64,000 nt of DNA from Oceanispirochaeta sp. (GTDB taxonomy: Bacteria; Spirochaetota; Spirochaetia; DSM-2461). The stretch covers positions 1,888,001 through 1,952,000 of the forward strand of contig CAXXOA010000002.1 in the NCBI GenBank assembly GCA_963666275.2, written 5' to 3'. The notes below the pieces were generated by a model that was not told the DNA's origin, did no database searches, and worked only from the letters and a program-made list of their open reading frames with translations. The position numbers were made by a program, and so were the translations under genes. This document shows positions 21,194 through 30,777 of the stretch, in pieces (position 1 is the stretch's first letter; every line of letters begins with the position of its first letter).

Positions 21194-21868
21194 ATGGCAA
21201 AGATTCTTTTAACAGAGCAGGAGCAGAGTACCATTACCATGGCTGTGGGTGAGGCTGAAAAAACCACCTCCGGCGAGATTGTTCCGGTGGTCATCAGAGA
21301 GAGTTCGGACTATGCAGTTTATGAGCTTCTCTTTGCCTTTCTCACAGGATTCGTCTACTACTCGGTTCTACTTGTTTTCTATCCGGCCGTGTCTTCTGTT
21401 ATCGACTCTCTCTTCTGGTTTCCACCGGATTGGTATGTTACAGCATTTTACGGGGTTTCCACCCTGCTGGTTGCCGGGCTGGCTTACTTCTTCAGCAATA
21501 TCCCGGCTCTGGACAGGCTTATCATTCCCCGGAAAGTCCGGAACGAAGCGGTCAGGAAAAGAGCTCTGCTCTATTTTACTGAATCGGGACTGAGCGAAAC
21601 CCGGGACAGAACGGGGATTCTTATCTTTGTCTCCCTCCTGGAAAGGAGAGTTGAAATCCTGGCGGATAAGGGGATCAATGAGAAAATTCCCCAGTCCGAA
21701 TGGGACTCTCTGGCGGGGTCTCTTGCTGCAGAGATCAGTCAGGGGGAGCTTGCCGGCGGGATCACCAGGGCTGTGCAGTCCTGCGGAGAAAAACTGACAA
21801 GGCATTTTCCTGTAAAGAGTGATGATACCAACGAACTGCCCGACCGGGTGGATATGCCGGAAAAGTAG
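21194..21868 (+). CDS. TPM domain membrane protein
   Basis: AEKTTSGEIV, TRDRTGILIFVSLLERRVEILADKGI, NELPD. Confidence 0.9.
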   Translation: MAKILLTEQEQSTITMAVGEAEKTTSGEIVPVVIRESSDYAVYELLFAFLTGFVYYSVLLVFYPAVSSVIDSLFWFPPDWYVTAFYGVSTLLVAGLAYFFSNIPALDRLIIPRKVRNEAVRKRALLYFTESGLSETRDRTGILIFVSLLERRVEILADKGINEKIPQSEWDSLAGSLAAEISQGELAGGITRAVQSCGEKLTRHFPVKSDDTNELPDRVDMPEK

Positions 21869-21877
21869 GGAGAGCAT

Positions 21878-22663
21878 ATGATTAAACTGAAACAGGTTCT
21901 TTTGACAGTGCTGTTCCTTGGCGCAGCGTTTTCTCTTCCCGCTCTGGACGTTCCGGAAATGAAGGGAAGGGTGAATGATCAGGCGTCGCTGCTATCCCTT
22001 TCCAGGCAGAAAGAACTGGAGTCCTATCTGGCAGGCCTGGAAGAGTCCACAGGTGTCCAGATGGCCCTGCTGACGATTCCCTCCCTGAAGGGAGACTCCC
22101 TGGAGGAGTTCTCCATCCGGGTGGTGGACCAGTGGCAGCTGGGCAGCCGGGAGGAGGACAATGGCGTGCTCCTTCTTGTGAGCCTGAAAGAGAGGATGAT
22201 CCGTATTGAAGTGGGGTATGGCCTGGAAGCTGTATTGACCGATGCCAAAAGCGGCATGATTATCCGGGAAGTTATCTCGCCCTACTTCCGCCAGGGAGAC
22301 TATGCTTCAGGAATCCTGGCGGGAGTCCAGTTCATGGGCAACCTGGTTTCCGGGGGGGAGAATATTTCTCCTGTCAAAATATCCGGTTCCCGGACAACAT
22401 CCAGCAGCCGGTCTCTGCCCATCAATTTCTTTATTATCCTTTTCATCCTTCTTCTTAACGGATTCGGCAGGTTCGGACGCAGAGGAGGACTTTTGAGAAT
22501 GCTCTTCTGGGGCAGTCTTCTGAGCGGTTCCTCCCGGCACAGAGGGGGATACGGCGGCTGGTCTTCCGGAGGGGGCGGCGGCTTCGGAGGCGGTTTCGGC
22601 GGGGGAGGATTCTCCGGCGGAGGCGGCGGTTTCGGAGGCGGGGGAGCCTCAGGTGGCTGGTAA
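21878..22663 (+). CDS. TPM domain protein (YgcG family) with Gly-rich tail
   Basis: GRVND, DNGVLLLV, RIEVGYGLE, GGGGFGGGGASGGW. Confidence 0.92.
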   Translation: MIKLKQVLLTVLFLGAAFSLPALDVPEMKGRVNDQASLLSLSRQKELESYLAGLEESTGVQMALLTIPSLKGDSLEEFSIRVVDQWQLGSREEDNGVLLLVSLKERMIRIEVGYGLEAVLTDAKSGMIIREVISPYFRQGDYASGILAGVQFMGNLVSGGENISPVKISGSRTTSSSRSLPINFFIILFILLLNGFGRFGRRGGLLRMLFWGSLLSGSSRHRGGYGGWSSGGGGGFGGGFGGGGFSGGGGGFGGGGASGGW

Positions 22664-23104
22664 TTCCCAGCCGTACTCGCTGTAGGGACAGCCCGAGAGA
22701 ATCTTTTCAAGGGCTATCCGGATATAGGGGATCGTTTTTTCGGGAAGATCTTCCAGAGGGAACCAGGATAAATCACTGCATTTTCCGGGTTCCCGGTTCC
22801 GGGGCGATCCCTCCCATTCGGAGGGACTGAAAAAGACATCAACCCGAACGGAATCATCCGAATTGCGGTGCATCACATGGGAGGGAGAAATTTTGCCCTT
22901 CTGAAGTGTGATTCCCGCCTCTTCCATGGCTTCCCTTATGATCCCATCTGTAAAGGACTCTCCCTTCTCCACATGACCGGCTACAAAGCTGTACCATCCG
23001 TCCATATAACCTGTATTTTTTCTCTGCAGCATCAGAACTTTTCCGTTTCTGATAAGAACAAGATAGACCGCTGGTATATTGGTATTTCGTCGGGGTATTT
23101 TCAT
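22649..23104 (-). CDS. NUDIX hydrolase
   Basis: Nudix box GHVEKGESFTDGIIREAMEEAGI; NREPGKC. Confidence 0.9.
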   Translation of the reverse strand: MKIPRRNTNIPAVYLVLIRNGKVLMLQRKNTGYMDGWYSFVAGHVEKGESFTDGIIREAMEEAGITLQKGKISPSHVMHRNSDDSVRVDVFFSPSEWEGSPRNREPGKCSDLSWFPLEDLPEKTIPYIRIALEKILSGCPYSEYGWELPAT

Positions 23105-23105
23105 A

Positions 23106-23672
23106 TCACACCTGGAGAAAGAGGATACCCAGCACCGCACCTGCGGCAATATAGAAAACCGGGTGTTTCTGGAATTTGAGGTATGCCCCGAAGATCACGA
23201 CAAAAATGAGCGCACTCACAGGATCGATCAGATCCGCCAGGTGGCCGCTCAGCCGGAAAACCTGCCAGGGGATCACAGCCACTGTGAACACTTTAAAAGC
23301 TGCTGTTGCAATAAGACCGGTGACGGCGGGGCGCAGACCTGAGAAGGCATCCTTCACCAGAGGTTCTTCGTTAAAATGGTAGAAGAACCGGGCAATCAGA
23401 ATGATGATGATCAGGGATGGAGCCACAATGCCCATGGTCGCCGCAACGCCGCCGGGAATTCCCGCCGTCTGGAAACCCACATAGGTCGCCATATTGATAC
23501 CGATCGCTCCGGGAGTCGACTGGGAAATGGCCACCACATGGAAAAACTCCTCCAAAGTCAGCCATCCGTGGGAAAGGGCCGCATTCTCCAGGAGGGGAAG
23601 GGTCGCCAGACCCCCTCCGATGGTAAAAAGGCCTATTTTGAAAAACTGAAAGAACAGGGTTATGAGTATCAG
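23106..23672 (-). CDS. chrA: Short-chain chromate transporter subunit (probable CTG start)
   Basis: Frame extends upstream of the track ORF as LILITLFFQFFKIGLFTIGGGLATLP; SQSTPGAIGINMATYVG. Confidence 0.88.
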   Translation of the reverse strand: MILITLFFQFFKIGLFTIGGGLATLPLLENAALSHGWLTLEEFFHVVAISQSTPGAIGINMATYVGFQTAGIPGGVAATMGIVAPSLIIIILIARFFYHFNEEPLVKDAFSGLRPAVTGLIATAAFKVFTVAVIPWQVFRLSGHLADLIDPVSALIFVVIFGAYLKFQKHPVFYIAAGAVLGILFLQV

Positions 23673-24229
23673 GACTTTCTCCTTTTCCGGATCTGTCCGG
23701 AGATAAGACCAAGAAGAATCGCTGAAATGATTATCGGAATCGGGGTCAGTCCGGCAAAGGTGACAAGAGAAAATGCCGCAGCCGCGATAAACAGTCCCAG
23801 TTTGTCCACTATGGCTTTTTTGCCGAACTTGTACACCGCCGAAAGGAGCATGACCGCTACGGCGATATTGATCCCTTTCAAAGCTTTCTGTACATAGACA
23901 TTCTGGTCAAAACTTGTCAGAAAGGCGGCAATCACCGAGATGATCACAAGTGAGGGGAGTATAAACCCCAGAGTGGCAACTATTGCCCCTGTCATGCCGG
24001 CAGTGCGGTAGCCCGTAAAGGTGGCCGTATTCACAGCAATAATTCCGGGAGTGGACTGCCCGATGGCATAAATATCAAGAAGCTCCTCTTCGGTCAGCCA
24101 GCCCCGGGTCTCGGCGACTTCTCTCTGCAGTATGGGGAGCATGGCATAGCCTCCCCCGAAGGTGACCGCTCCCATTCTCAGGAAGACAAGAAAGAGTTCC
24201 CATATCATTGATCGCTTTTCAGATTTCAT
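23669..24229 (-). CDS. chrA: Short-chain chromate transporter subunit
   Basis: GAVTFGGGYAMLP, GQSTPGIIAVNTATFTG. Confidence 0.92.
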   Translation of the reverse strand: MKSEKRSMIWELFLVFLRMGAVTFGGGYAMLPILQREVAETRGWLTEEELLDIYAIGQSTPGIIAVNTATFTGYRTAGMTGAIVATLGFILPSLVIISVIAAFLTSFDQNVYVQKALKGINIAVAVMLLSAVYKFGKKAIVDKLGLFIAAAAFSLVTFAGLTPIPIIISAILLGLISGQIRKRRKS

Positions 24230-24331
24230 GGGTCAGATCATACCGGAGAAGCTGCCGGTTTGCCAATGTAATCCTGAAAAAAGAACGCATTCCGGGCGAG
24301 TCTGGAGGCAACCCTCAGCCCTTTAGCCATT

Positions 24332-24610
24332 TTCCGACCCTCACCCCTTTATCCCCTCTCCCACGAGGAGAGGGATTTTGATGAAACAACCCTACAGACT
24401 GTTCTCTTCTAGCATAAGAATTTCTCTCTTGGATAAAAAACAAATTTCTTTCTCACCTCGCCGTGTGGGAGAGGGGCCGGGGGTGAGGGTCGGAAGGGTG
24501 AGGAAAAATTGATTGGTTTAAGGTTTGTATAGCAATAGGTTTCAGGGGGATGTGATTAGAATAGCTGAGGGGCCGGGGGTGAGGGTTGGAAAGGAGAAGA
24601 GAAATAGATT
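24332..24610. repeat. Left composite repeat: REPIN/MITE-like inverted pair (24332-24495) plus ~115-bp tail ending in another half-repeat
   Basis: TTCCGACCCTCACCCC.....CCCCTCTCCCAC is inverted to GTGGGAGAGGGGCCGGGGGTGAGGGTCGGAA. The block recurs at 25142-25461. Confidence 0.9.
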
Positions 24611-24696
24611 CCCTCCAGAACCCGAAAGGGAGGAGAAACTTGGGAAATCGGTATTAAAATTGAAGTAACAGCTTTCTTTCTCCTATTCAATAAGAT

Positions 24697-25077
24697 ATGA
24701 AAAGGAAAAAAACAGACAAACAGGCCAGATTTTACAGTTGTGATATGACAGCTGCTGCCAGGGAATTGAGGCAATGTGAAACACCTGCAGAAAAGCAGCT
24801 TTGGAAATTATTGCGGAACAGGCAGTTTAAAGGCCTGAAATTTCGTAGACAGCACCCTATCGGGCCGTTCATCACAGATTTTTATTGCGATGAATTAAAA
24901 CTCATTCTGGAAATTGATGAGGGAGTGCATGATGAAGTCTCAGTTCAAGTAAGAGATAGAAAACGTACAGAAACGCTCCAATCTTCCGGTTATAGGGTTC
25001 ACAGAATCCGTAATGAAGAGGTTCTCTCGGATGCGTCTTCTCTTTTTCAATATCTGGAGTCGCTGGTAAATCTTTAG
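24697..25077 (+). CDS. DUF559 / Vsr-like endonuclease domain protein
   Basis: ARELRQCETPAEKQLWKLLR, KFRRQHPIGPFITDFYC, LEID.GVH, RD..R...L...GYRV.R..N. Confidence 0.92.
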   Translation: MKRKKTDKQARFYSCDMTAAARELRQCETPAEKQLWKLLRNRQFKGLKFRRQHPIGPFITDFYCDELKLILEIDEGVHDEVSVQVRDRKRTETLQSSGYRVHRIRNEEVLSDASSLFQYLESLVNL

Positions 25078-25141
25078 TCTGGATTAACCAACTCCTATTC
25101 CTGCTTTTTCGGGTACTGACCTAGACCTTATACTCTCTGGA

Positions 25142-25461
25142 TCCAACCCTCACCCCTGTATCCCCTCTCCCACAAGGAGAGGGGTTCTGTTGGAACAATC
25201 TCAGAAGCCTTTCTCTTCAAACCAGAGAATCTTCCTCTTAGATAAAAATACAAACCTCTTTCTCCCCTCGCCTTGTGGGAGAGGGGCCGGGGGTGAGGGT
25301 TGGAAAGGAGAGGGGAAATAGATTGGTTTAAGAGTCATACAGGAAAAAGTTCCAGAAATGAGGGTCGGAAGGGAGAGGAAAAATTGATTGGTTTAAGGTT
25401 TGTTTAGCAATAGGTTTCAGTGGGATGTGATCAGAATAGCTGAGGGGCCGGGGGAGAGGGT
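25142..25461. repeat. Right composite repeat (direct copy of 24332-24610)
   Basis: Inverted pair 25142-25304 has a homologous but diverged spacer; tail 25360-25454 is nearly identical to 24485-24579. Confidence 0.9.
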
Positions 25462-25496
25462 AAATAGGTTCCGCAGATGAGAGTCGGGAGGCAGAG

Positions 25497-25527
25497 GAAA
25501 GAAAACGCCCCGCTGCAGAGCGGGGCG
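25497..25527 (-). terminator. Rho-independent terminator
   Basis: CGCCCCGCT-gcag-AGCGGGGCG, with TTTTCTTT following on the minus strand. Confidence 0.75.
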
Positions 25528-25535
25528 CTGACCAC

Positions 25536-26576
25536 TTAAAACCTGTGTGTATAGGAAAGGGCTATTCTGTCCAGTTTGGTATAGGTGGAATCGTACTCCC
25601 TTGTCATGAAGAAAGCATCATGGATGGTTTCTTCGGTGTAGCGTTTCTGGGTTCTCATCTGGAAGAGAACAGTCAGGCTGTCGCTCTCGCTGAGGGCAAA
25701 GTTTGCCAGAGGGCCCAGGCGGGTTTTGACAAAGTCCGATCCCCAGCCGCCGTCTTCACTCATGGGGGACATATCCGCGGCATCACCCAGATACTGCTGT
25801 GTTTCCACCATGAAGCCGACAAAGTTTATTTTCAGGGGCATCTGGTAACCCAGAACATAGGTTCCGTAGTACTGGTATCCGTTGAAGTTCTCTCCCGCAT
25901 CGGCCTTGTAGAGCCAGGGATCATCCTCATCGGCAGCGGAAAAATTCTGGTATCGGAATTTAGCAGTCACAGAGGTAACCACATGATTCCATTCTCCGGG
26001 TAAGACCGAAGCCAGGTCAAACTGGAAGGTTCCGGCCAGCCAGAGGACAGATACCACTCCGGGGAAGGGATCGGTTTCTGCTATTCCTGTCCCGTCATTA
26101 TTGAGTCCGAGACCGTTGAATCCCATGGTCCATCCTGTTCCGATGGTATAGCCGGTTTCAAAATTGAGAAAGGCAATGGGAGTCAGTTTTGCTTTGAACT
26201 CAGCTTCCGCCACAACCGGTGCCAGATTGGTTTTCAGAGTCACAAGGAGATTGTTGCCTTTTGTCAGCGCTCCCGCTCCTGTAAGGAGTGGAATTTTGAT
26301 CCTGTGTTCGTAACTGGCCTGAAACTCGGCTCCACCCCATCCTGTGCCCAGATCCCTCCCTTCATCCTCGGCTCCGAAGGAGTTGATCAAAGGATAGGAG
26401 TCGGGAGCTTCAATGGGAGTGTAGGAGGGCCAGACAAGAGCGCTGTCGCTGTCTCCTCCTCTGTTGTTGTCAAAATAGTAGGCAGTCTGCAGACCGAAAA
26501 GATCGGTATGCTCAATAGTGGATTCTGCGCTTAGAAGCGAGAGGCTGCAAAGCAGGAGAAGTAGAAGCTTTTTCAT
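25536..26576 (-). CDS. Exported protein, probable outer-membrane beta-barrel
   Basis: Signal peptide MKKLLLLLLCSLSLLSA, amphipathic beta segments, C-terminal IALSYTHRF. Confidence 0.7.
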   Translation of the reverse strand: MKKLLLLLLCSLSLLSAESTIEHTDLFGLQTAYYFDNNRGGDSDSALVWPSYTPIEAPDSYPLINSFGAEDEGRDLGTGWGGAEFQASYEHRIKIPLLTGAGALTKGNNLLVTLKTNLAPVVAEAEFKAKLTPIAFLNFETGYTIGTGWTMGFNGLGLNNDGTGIAETDPFPGVVSVLWLAGTFQFDLASVLPGEWNHVVTSVTAKFRYQNFSAADEDDPWLYKADAGENFNGYQYYGTYVLGYQMPLKINFVGFMVETQQYLGDAADMSPMSEDGGWGSDFVKTRLGPLANFALSESDSLTVLFQMRTQKRYTEETIHDAFFMTREYDSTYTKLDRIALSYTHRF

Positions 26577-26625
26577 TAATAGTTCCTTGAATGGAATGAT
26601 AAAATAGTTCTCCTGTATTAGTAAA

Positions 26626-26652
26626 TAAAAAAAGCCCGGATCTTTTCCGGGC
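26626..26652 (-). terminator. Terminator of the 54-aa ORF
   Basis: Minus strand GCCCGGA-aaaga-TCCGGGC followed by a T run. Confidence 0.75.
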
Positions 26653-26676
26653 GGTTGAAAAAAGCGGGATTTTATA

Positions 26677-26841
26677 TCAGTCTTTCCAGTGAACCTGTAT
26701 TTTCTCATCTCCGATTTTGTGCTTAATGATCCCAGCCAGATTCAGAAGTTCATCTTTACAGCAGTCCACTGTTTGACCCTCTTTCAGTCTCTTTTCCAGT
26801 TCTCCGGCAAACTCCCTGATGGTTATTGTTTTTTCCGACAT
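26677..26841 (-). CDS. 54-aa small protein not in the ORF track
   Basis: MSEKTITIREFAGELEKRLKEGQTVDCCKDELLNLAGIIKHKIGDEKIQVHWKD; SD AAGGAGG; own terminator. Confidence 0.75.
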   Translation of the reverse strand: MSEKTITIREFAGELEKRLKEGQTVDCCKDELLNLAGIIKHKIGDEKIQVHWKD

Positions 26842-26923
26842 AAAAAATCCTCCTTCCTTCCAGTAAAGTCTAATGCATTCTGTTGAGGGTGCAAAAAAAA
26901 ATTTTCTTTTGTATAATGAACCT

Positions 26924-27565
26924 ATGAAAACCTGTCTGTGCCAAAAAAACCTGAATCGCAGATCTCTGATTCACAAGTATTATCATCCCCGTCTTTCCGA
27001 TGGTGACTATGATCATGAGAAGCTCGGCTGGGAGAGCAGGGAGGCCCAATTCCGCCGTTTCGAGGTTGTTCTGGACAAACTGGGATTTCGGGATATGACG
27101 ATTCTGGATGTAGGCTGCGGGCTGGGAAATCTTCTGGATTTCTGTCAAATGAAGGATCTTTCCGTTCATTATACCGGAGTGGATATTCTCCCGGATATGA
27201 TTGAAAATGCCAGTCGGAGGCACCCTGATGCCAGATGGTACTGCTGTGATCTTTTCAGTGAAAACAGACTATGCCATGAAAAATTCGATCTTATCTATTC
27301 TTCGGGGATCTTCAACCTGGATCTGGGAAATAACAGCCGCTTTCTTATGGACGCTCTGGAACTTTTTCTGGACCTGTCCAAGCGGTATGTGTGCTTCAAC
27401 CTTTTAAGCGACAGTTCTCCCGATCAGGAAAAAGGCTACTATTACTACTCAGAAAATAAGGTTTTAGAAGATATCCTCAAAAAATTCACACTAAAAGAAC
27501 ACAATATATCAATCGAATCAGATTATCTTGAAAATGATTTTACTGTTATGATTAAAAAACAGTAA
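26924..27565 (+). CDS. Class I SAM-dependent methyltransferase
   Basis: LGWES, ILDVGCGLG, YTGVDI, FDLIYSSGIFN. Confidence 0.88.
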   Translation: MKTCLCQKNLNRRSLIHKYYHPRLSDGDYDHEKLGWESREAQFRRFEVVLDKLGFRDMTILDVGCGLGNLLDFCQMKDLSVHYTGVDILPDMIENASRRHPDARWYCCDLFSENRLCHEKFDLIYSSGIFNLDLGNNSRFLMDALELFLDLSKRYVCFNLLSDSSPDQEKGYYYYSENKVLEDILKKFTLKEHNISIESDYLENDFTVMIKKQ

Positions 27566-27586
27566 GAATTCATCATTCAAAATATT

Positions 27587-29359
27587 ATGCGTATAATAAA
27601 GAGTTTTAAAAATCACAGCCGTATCCTTATAGCTTTGCTGGCTGCTACATTTCTAATATTTATTTTTCTCCTTGTGGTATTAATCCTGGCCCAGTACTCC
27701 ATGGGGAAAATGGAAGAGGACTATTCACTGATCATTAATGATATTAACAAAACCTTCCTCCTTCTCCAGAATCCGGATCAATTCTCTGAGGAAGAAGTGG
27801 GGGAGAGTCTGGTTCAACTGGAGATGCTCCATGACGAGATAAGAAGTTCAGCTTTCTCTCTTACCAGAAAGGTCCTGCCCCGGGAGTTCCCCCCTGTTCC
27901 TGCGATCCGGTCTTCAGAAAATTATGAAGAGTTCTATAAGGCTTTGCGGAACTATACCACAGGAATCAGAGAGAATAAATTTCATGTGATCACTTCTCAG
28001 GTACAGACTATTTATCTGATCCTCGGACTCCTGCTGATCCTCATAATCCTCATAGGATATCTGACCCTCCACTATTTCCGCCGGTTCTATATTTTTTCCG
28101 CCTCCATAAGCAACGGGATCGGTAAGATAGACGCCCACTTGAATTACAGGAAAACAGACGAACTGAAACCGCTCCCTTCGGACTCCCTTGAAATCCGGGA
28201 CTTCTACGGAGCCATCAATAAAATCAACAGGGATATCTATCTGGATCAGCTTCTGGACAGCATTGAAACCTACGGCAAGCTTTCAGAAGTGGTGTATGCC
28301 ATTGTTCCGCTGATTGAGGATCATATTCCCTTTGACAGGATTGCTCTGGCTTTTCTGGATACCAAAGGGTATGTCACCGCCGAAGCGGCATATACACGAT
28401 ACAAAGAGCTCTTTCTGGATCCTGGTAAATCAGAGGAAATTTCCCGCACCGGCCTCAAGGCTCTTGTAAAGAGCAGAAAACCCCGGATCATCCCCGATCT
28501 TGTGAAGTATGCGGGGGGACGGGAAATTTCCGAATCCACCAGACTGATTCTGAAAGAGGGGATCCTCTCGAGTCTGACAGTTCCCCTCTTCAGCGGTGAA
28601 AGGTGTATAGGATTTCTGTTCTTTTCAAGCCGCACGGCGGGGATCTATAAAAACAAGCACCTTGTGAGAGCCAACAGGATTGGAAACAAACTGAAGAATC
28701 GCTTTTACAATGATTTCCTGACCCAGGAGATCATTGCGGAGACATCCCGGTCCTTTGTGACTCTTGTAAATGAAAAAGATAATGAAACCTCCACGCATCT
28801 TGAAAGGATGGCCCGTTATGCTTTCTTTATCGCCAGAACTCTATCTGACTCCTATGAAGAGCTGACGCCCCAGATGATCCGTGAAATCCGCTGGTTCGCT
28901 CCGCTCCATGATATTGGGAAAGTCGGAGTTCCCGATGCCATTCTGGGGAAGGCCGGGGCCCTGGAGGATCAGGAAGTTCAGATCATGCGGCAGCATGTGG
29001 AACTGGGTGAGAAAATCCTGAGATCCATGAATGGAAATCTGGGCTCTCTTCTGAATTCGACTCTTCTGGATACGGCTGTGGATATTATCCGCGGTCACCA
29101 CGAAAAGTTCGACGGTTCCGGTTATCCCTATGGTCTGAAAGGAGACGAGATCCCTCTGGCAGGCCGTATTGTGGCTGTGGCGGATGTATTCGATGCCCTC
29201 ACCTCAAAACGGGTTTATAAAGCGGCCTATACCATCGAAGAATCTCTGAGAATCATGAAAGAGGATATGGCCGGATCCTTTGATCTGACCATTATCCAGG
29301 GGCTCGAGCGGTCCATGGACGATATCAGAGTCGTATACGAAAGTCTCAGAGAGGTGTGA
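27587..29359 (+). CDS. Membrane-anchored GAF + HD-GYP phosphodiesterase
   Basis: Two TM helices, GAF segment, PLHDIGKVG, HHEKFDGSGYPYGL, VADVFDAL. Confidence 0.92.
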   Translation: MRIIKSFKNHSRILIALLAATFLIFIFLLVVLILAQYSMGKMEEDYSLIINDINKTFLLLQNPDQFSEEEVGESLVQLEMLHDEIRSSAFSLTRKVLPREFPPVPAIRSSENYEEFYKALRNYTTGIRENKFHVITSQVQTIYLILGLLLILIILIGYLTLHYFRRFYIFSASISNGIGKIDAHLNYRKTDELKPLPSDSLEIRDFYGAINKINRDIYLDQLLDSIETYGKLSEVVYAIVPLIEDHIPFDRIALAFLDTKGYVTAEAAYTRYKELFLDPGKSEEISRTGLKALVKSRKPRIIPDLVKYAGGREISESTRLILKEGILSSLTVPLFSGERCIGFLFFSSRTAGIYKNKHLVRANRIGNKLKNRFYNDFLTQEIIAETSRSFVTLVNEKDNETSTHLERMARYAFFIARTLSDSYEELTPQMIREIRWFAPLHDIGKVGVPDAILGKAGALEDQEVQIMRQHVELGEKILRSMNGNLGSLLNSTLLDTAVDIIRGHHEKFDGSGYPYGLKGDEIPLAGRIVAVADVFDALTSKRVYKAAYTIEESLRIMKEDMAGSFDLTIIQGLERSMDDIRVVYESLREV

Positions 29360-29380
29360 TAGACAGCGGGGAAATGCTGC

Positions 29381-30595
29381 CTATTCCTCTTCCGGAGAGG
29401 CCGTACTCTGATTCAGAAGCTGCTGTATGATTCCGAATATCTGGTGATCTGCCTCAAAGACCTTTCCGAACTCGGCTGACGCCTGTTCCAGATCATTTCT
29501 GCCTTTTGATACTTTTTCGTTCAGCAGAGAGACCACACCCCGGTGATAGAGAAGATTCCCCAGGGCTTCCGGATCATCCCTGTATTTCTGGACCTGGGGT
29601 GAAAAAAAGTTTTCCAGGCGGCTGAGTCCCTGAAAGGCATTGAAGTGATTTAATATGGTCTGACAGGATTCGGGGCTGTGAGGATAGAGATCAAAGAGAG
29701 AGATGCTGTTGGCAACCGCGCCCTCCCAGTCTTCCTGAACAAGACAGATCTGAATCAGCCTTTCAGGAAAGCGGTAGTCTTTGGGAGATAGTTCCTTTCC
29801 CTCTTCCAGGTACTGCCGTGACAGGTCTCCATCTTCTTTCATAAGGGCAATGGTTGATCCCAGAAACAGGGCATCCGCTCTGTCCGGGGGAGATGATGGG
29901 GATTCCAGTGCCTTCTCTATGGCAATCCCTGCTTTTTCAGTATCACCCGCATTGGCGTAGGCTGTGGCCAGGTTATAGCGGTAGGTGGTGTTTTCCGGAT
30001 TTGCCTCCAGAGCCTGATTGAAATGCACCGCAGCAGAGGACCAGTCCTGTACCGTCAGTTCCGTATATCCCAGATTGGCGGAGAGATACTCATCTTTCTC
30101 GCCTAATTCCAGTGCTTTCCTGTAGTGGAGAATTATCTGATGCTGAAGCTCCTTTTCGCTCATTCCGCTCTCTTCTCCTATCAGATGAAGAACAGTGAAG
30201 TAAAACTCTCCCAGCCAGTAGTGAATCTCTCCATTGCCGGGATCTTCCTTCAATGCCGTGAGAAGTCCCCCGGCGGGATCAAAGAGCTTGACCTCTCCTT
30301 TTGGCTGATTCCGGCGGATATCCTTCAGGGTTTCTCCCGCTTCCAGATCATCAAAAGTAAAAGTCTGGAACATATTGGTGGAGCTGTAATAGCGGATGGA
30401 AAGGCGGGACTTCAATATCATCATATCGCTGAAGGGTATCTCTTCGGCATGGCTGTGAAGGGTCTCCCAGGCGGATCTGTACTGTTTCTGTTCTATCAGC
30501 TGACGTGTTTCAGCCAGGTAGTTTTCGGCGGTCTGTGCTGTAAGAGAAACAGATGAAAAGATGAAAATCCAAAGGATAAGGGTTTTATACTGCAT
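29381..30595 (-). CDS. Exported tetratricopeptide-repeat protein
   Basis: Signal peptide; TPR-like units (HYWLGEFY, ANLGY, YNLATAY). Confidence 0.8.
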   Translation of the reverse strand: MQYKTLILWIFIFSSVSLTAQTAENYLAETRQLIEQKQYRSAWETLHSHAEEIPFSDMMILKSRLSIRYYSSTNMFQTFTFDDLEAGETLKDIRRNQPKGEVKLFDPAGGLLTALKEDPGNGEIHYWLGEFYFTVLHLIGEESGMSEKELQHQIILHYRKALELGEKDEYLSANLGYTELTVQDWSSAAVHFNQALEANPENTTYRYNLATAYANAGDTEKAGIAIEKALESPSSPPDRADALFLGSTIALMKEDGDLSRQYLEEGKELSPKDYRFPERLIQICLVQEDWEGAVANSISLFDLYPHSPESCQTILNHFNAFQGLSRLENFFSPQVQKYRDDPEALGNLLYHRGVVSLLNEKVSKGRNDLEQASAEFGKVFEADHQIFGIIQQLLNQSTASPEEE

Positions 30596-30777
30596 GATTT
30601 TTTCTCCGGATGATCAGTATACCTGTATCTGAGAATTGAAGCCACCCTGTCTTTTTTCCGGATTATGGGAATATGATCATTTTTTTTCAGGAAAAAAATA
30701 TAGATTGCGTTTATATTTGATTCATAAATAAAGGAAAAACTATATGAGATTTAACTGTTAACAAAAGGAGACTGTTT

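Noticed and set aside
22540..22663. GGC-rich tandem repeat and Pro-rich antisense ORF
   Set aside because: Normal Gly-rich tail of YgcG/TPM proteins.
24332..25461. CRISPR array
   Set aside because: Repeats are inverted pairs with homologous, not unique, spacers, irregular spacing and no cas genes.
26577..26708. Riboswitch or attenuator upstream of the outer-membrane gene
   Set aside because: The terminator is explained by the 54-aa ORF and no aptamer consensus is visible.
30717..30732. FNR/CRP site upstream of the 4Fe-4S gene
   Set aside because: Only the TTGAT half matches; the second half is poor in an AT-rich context.
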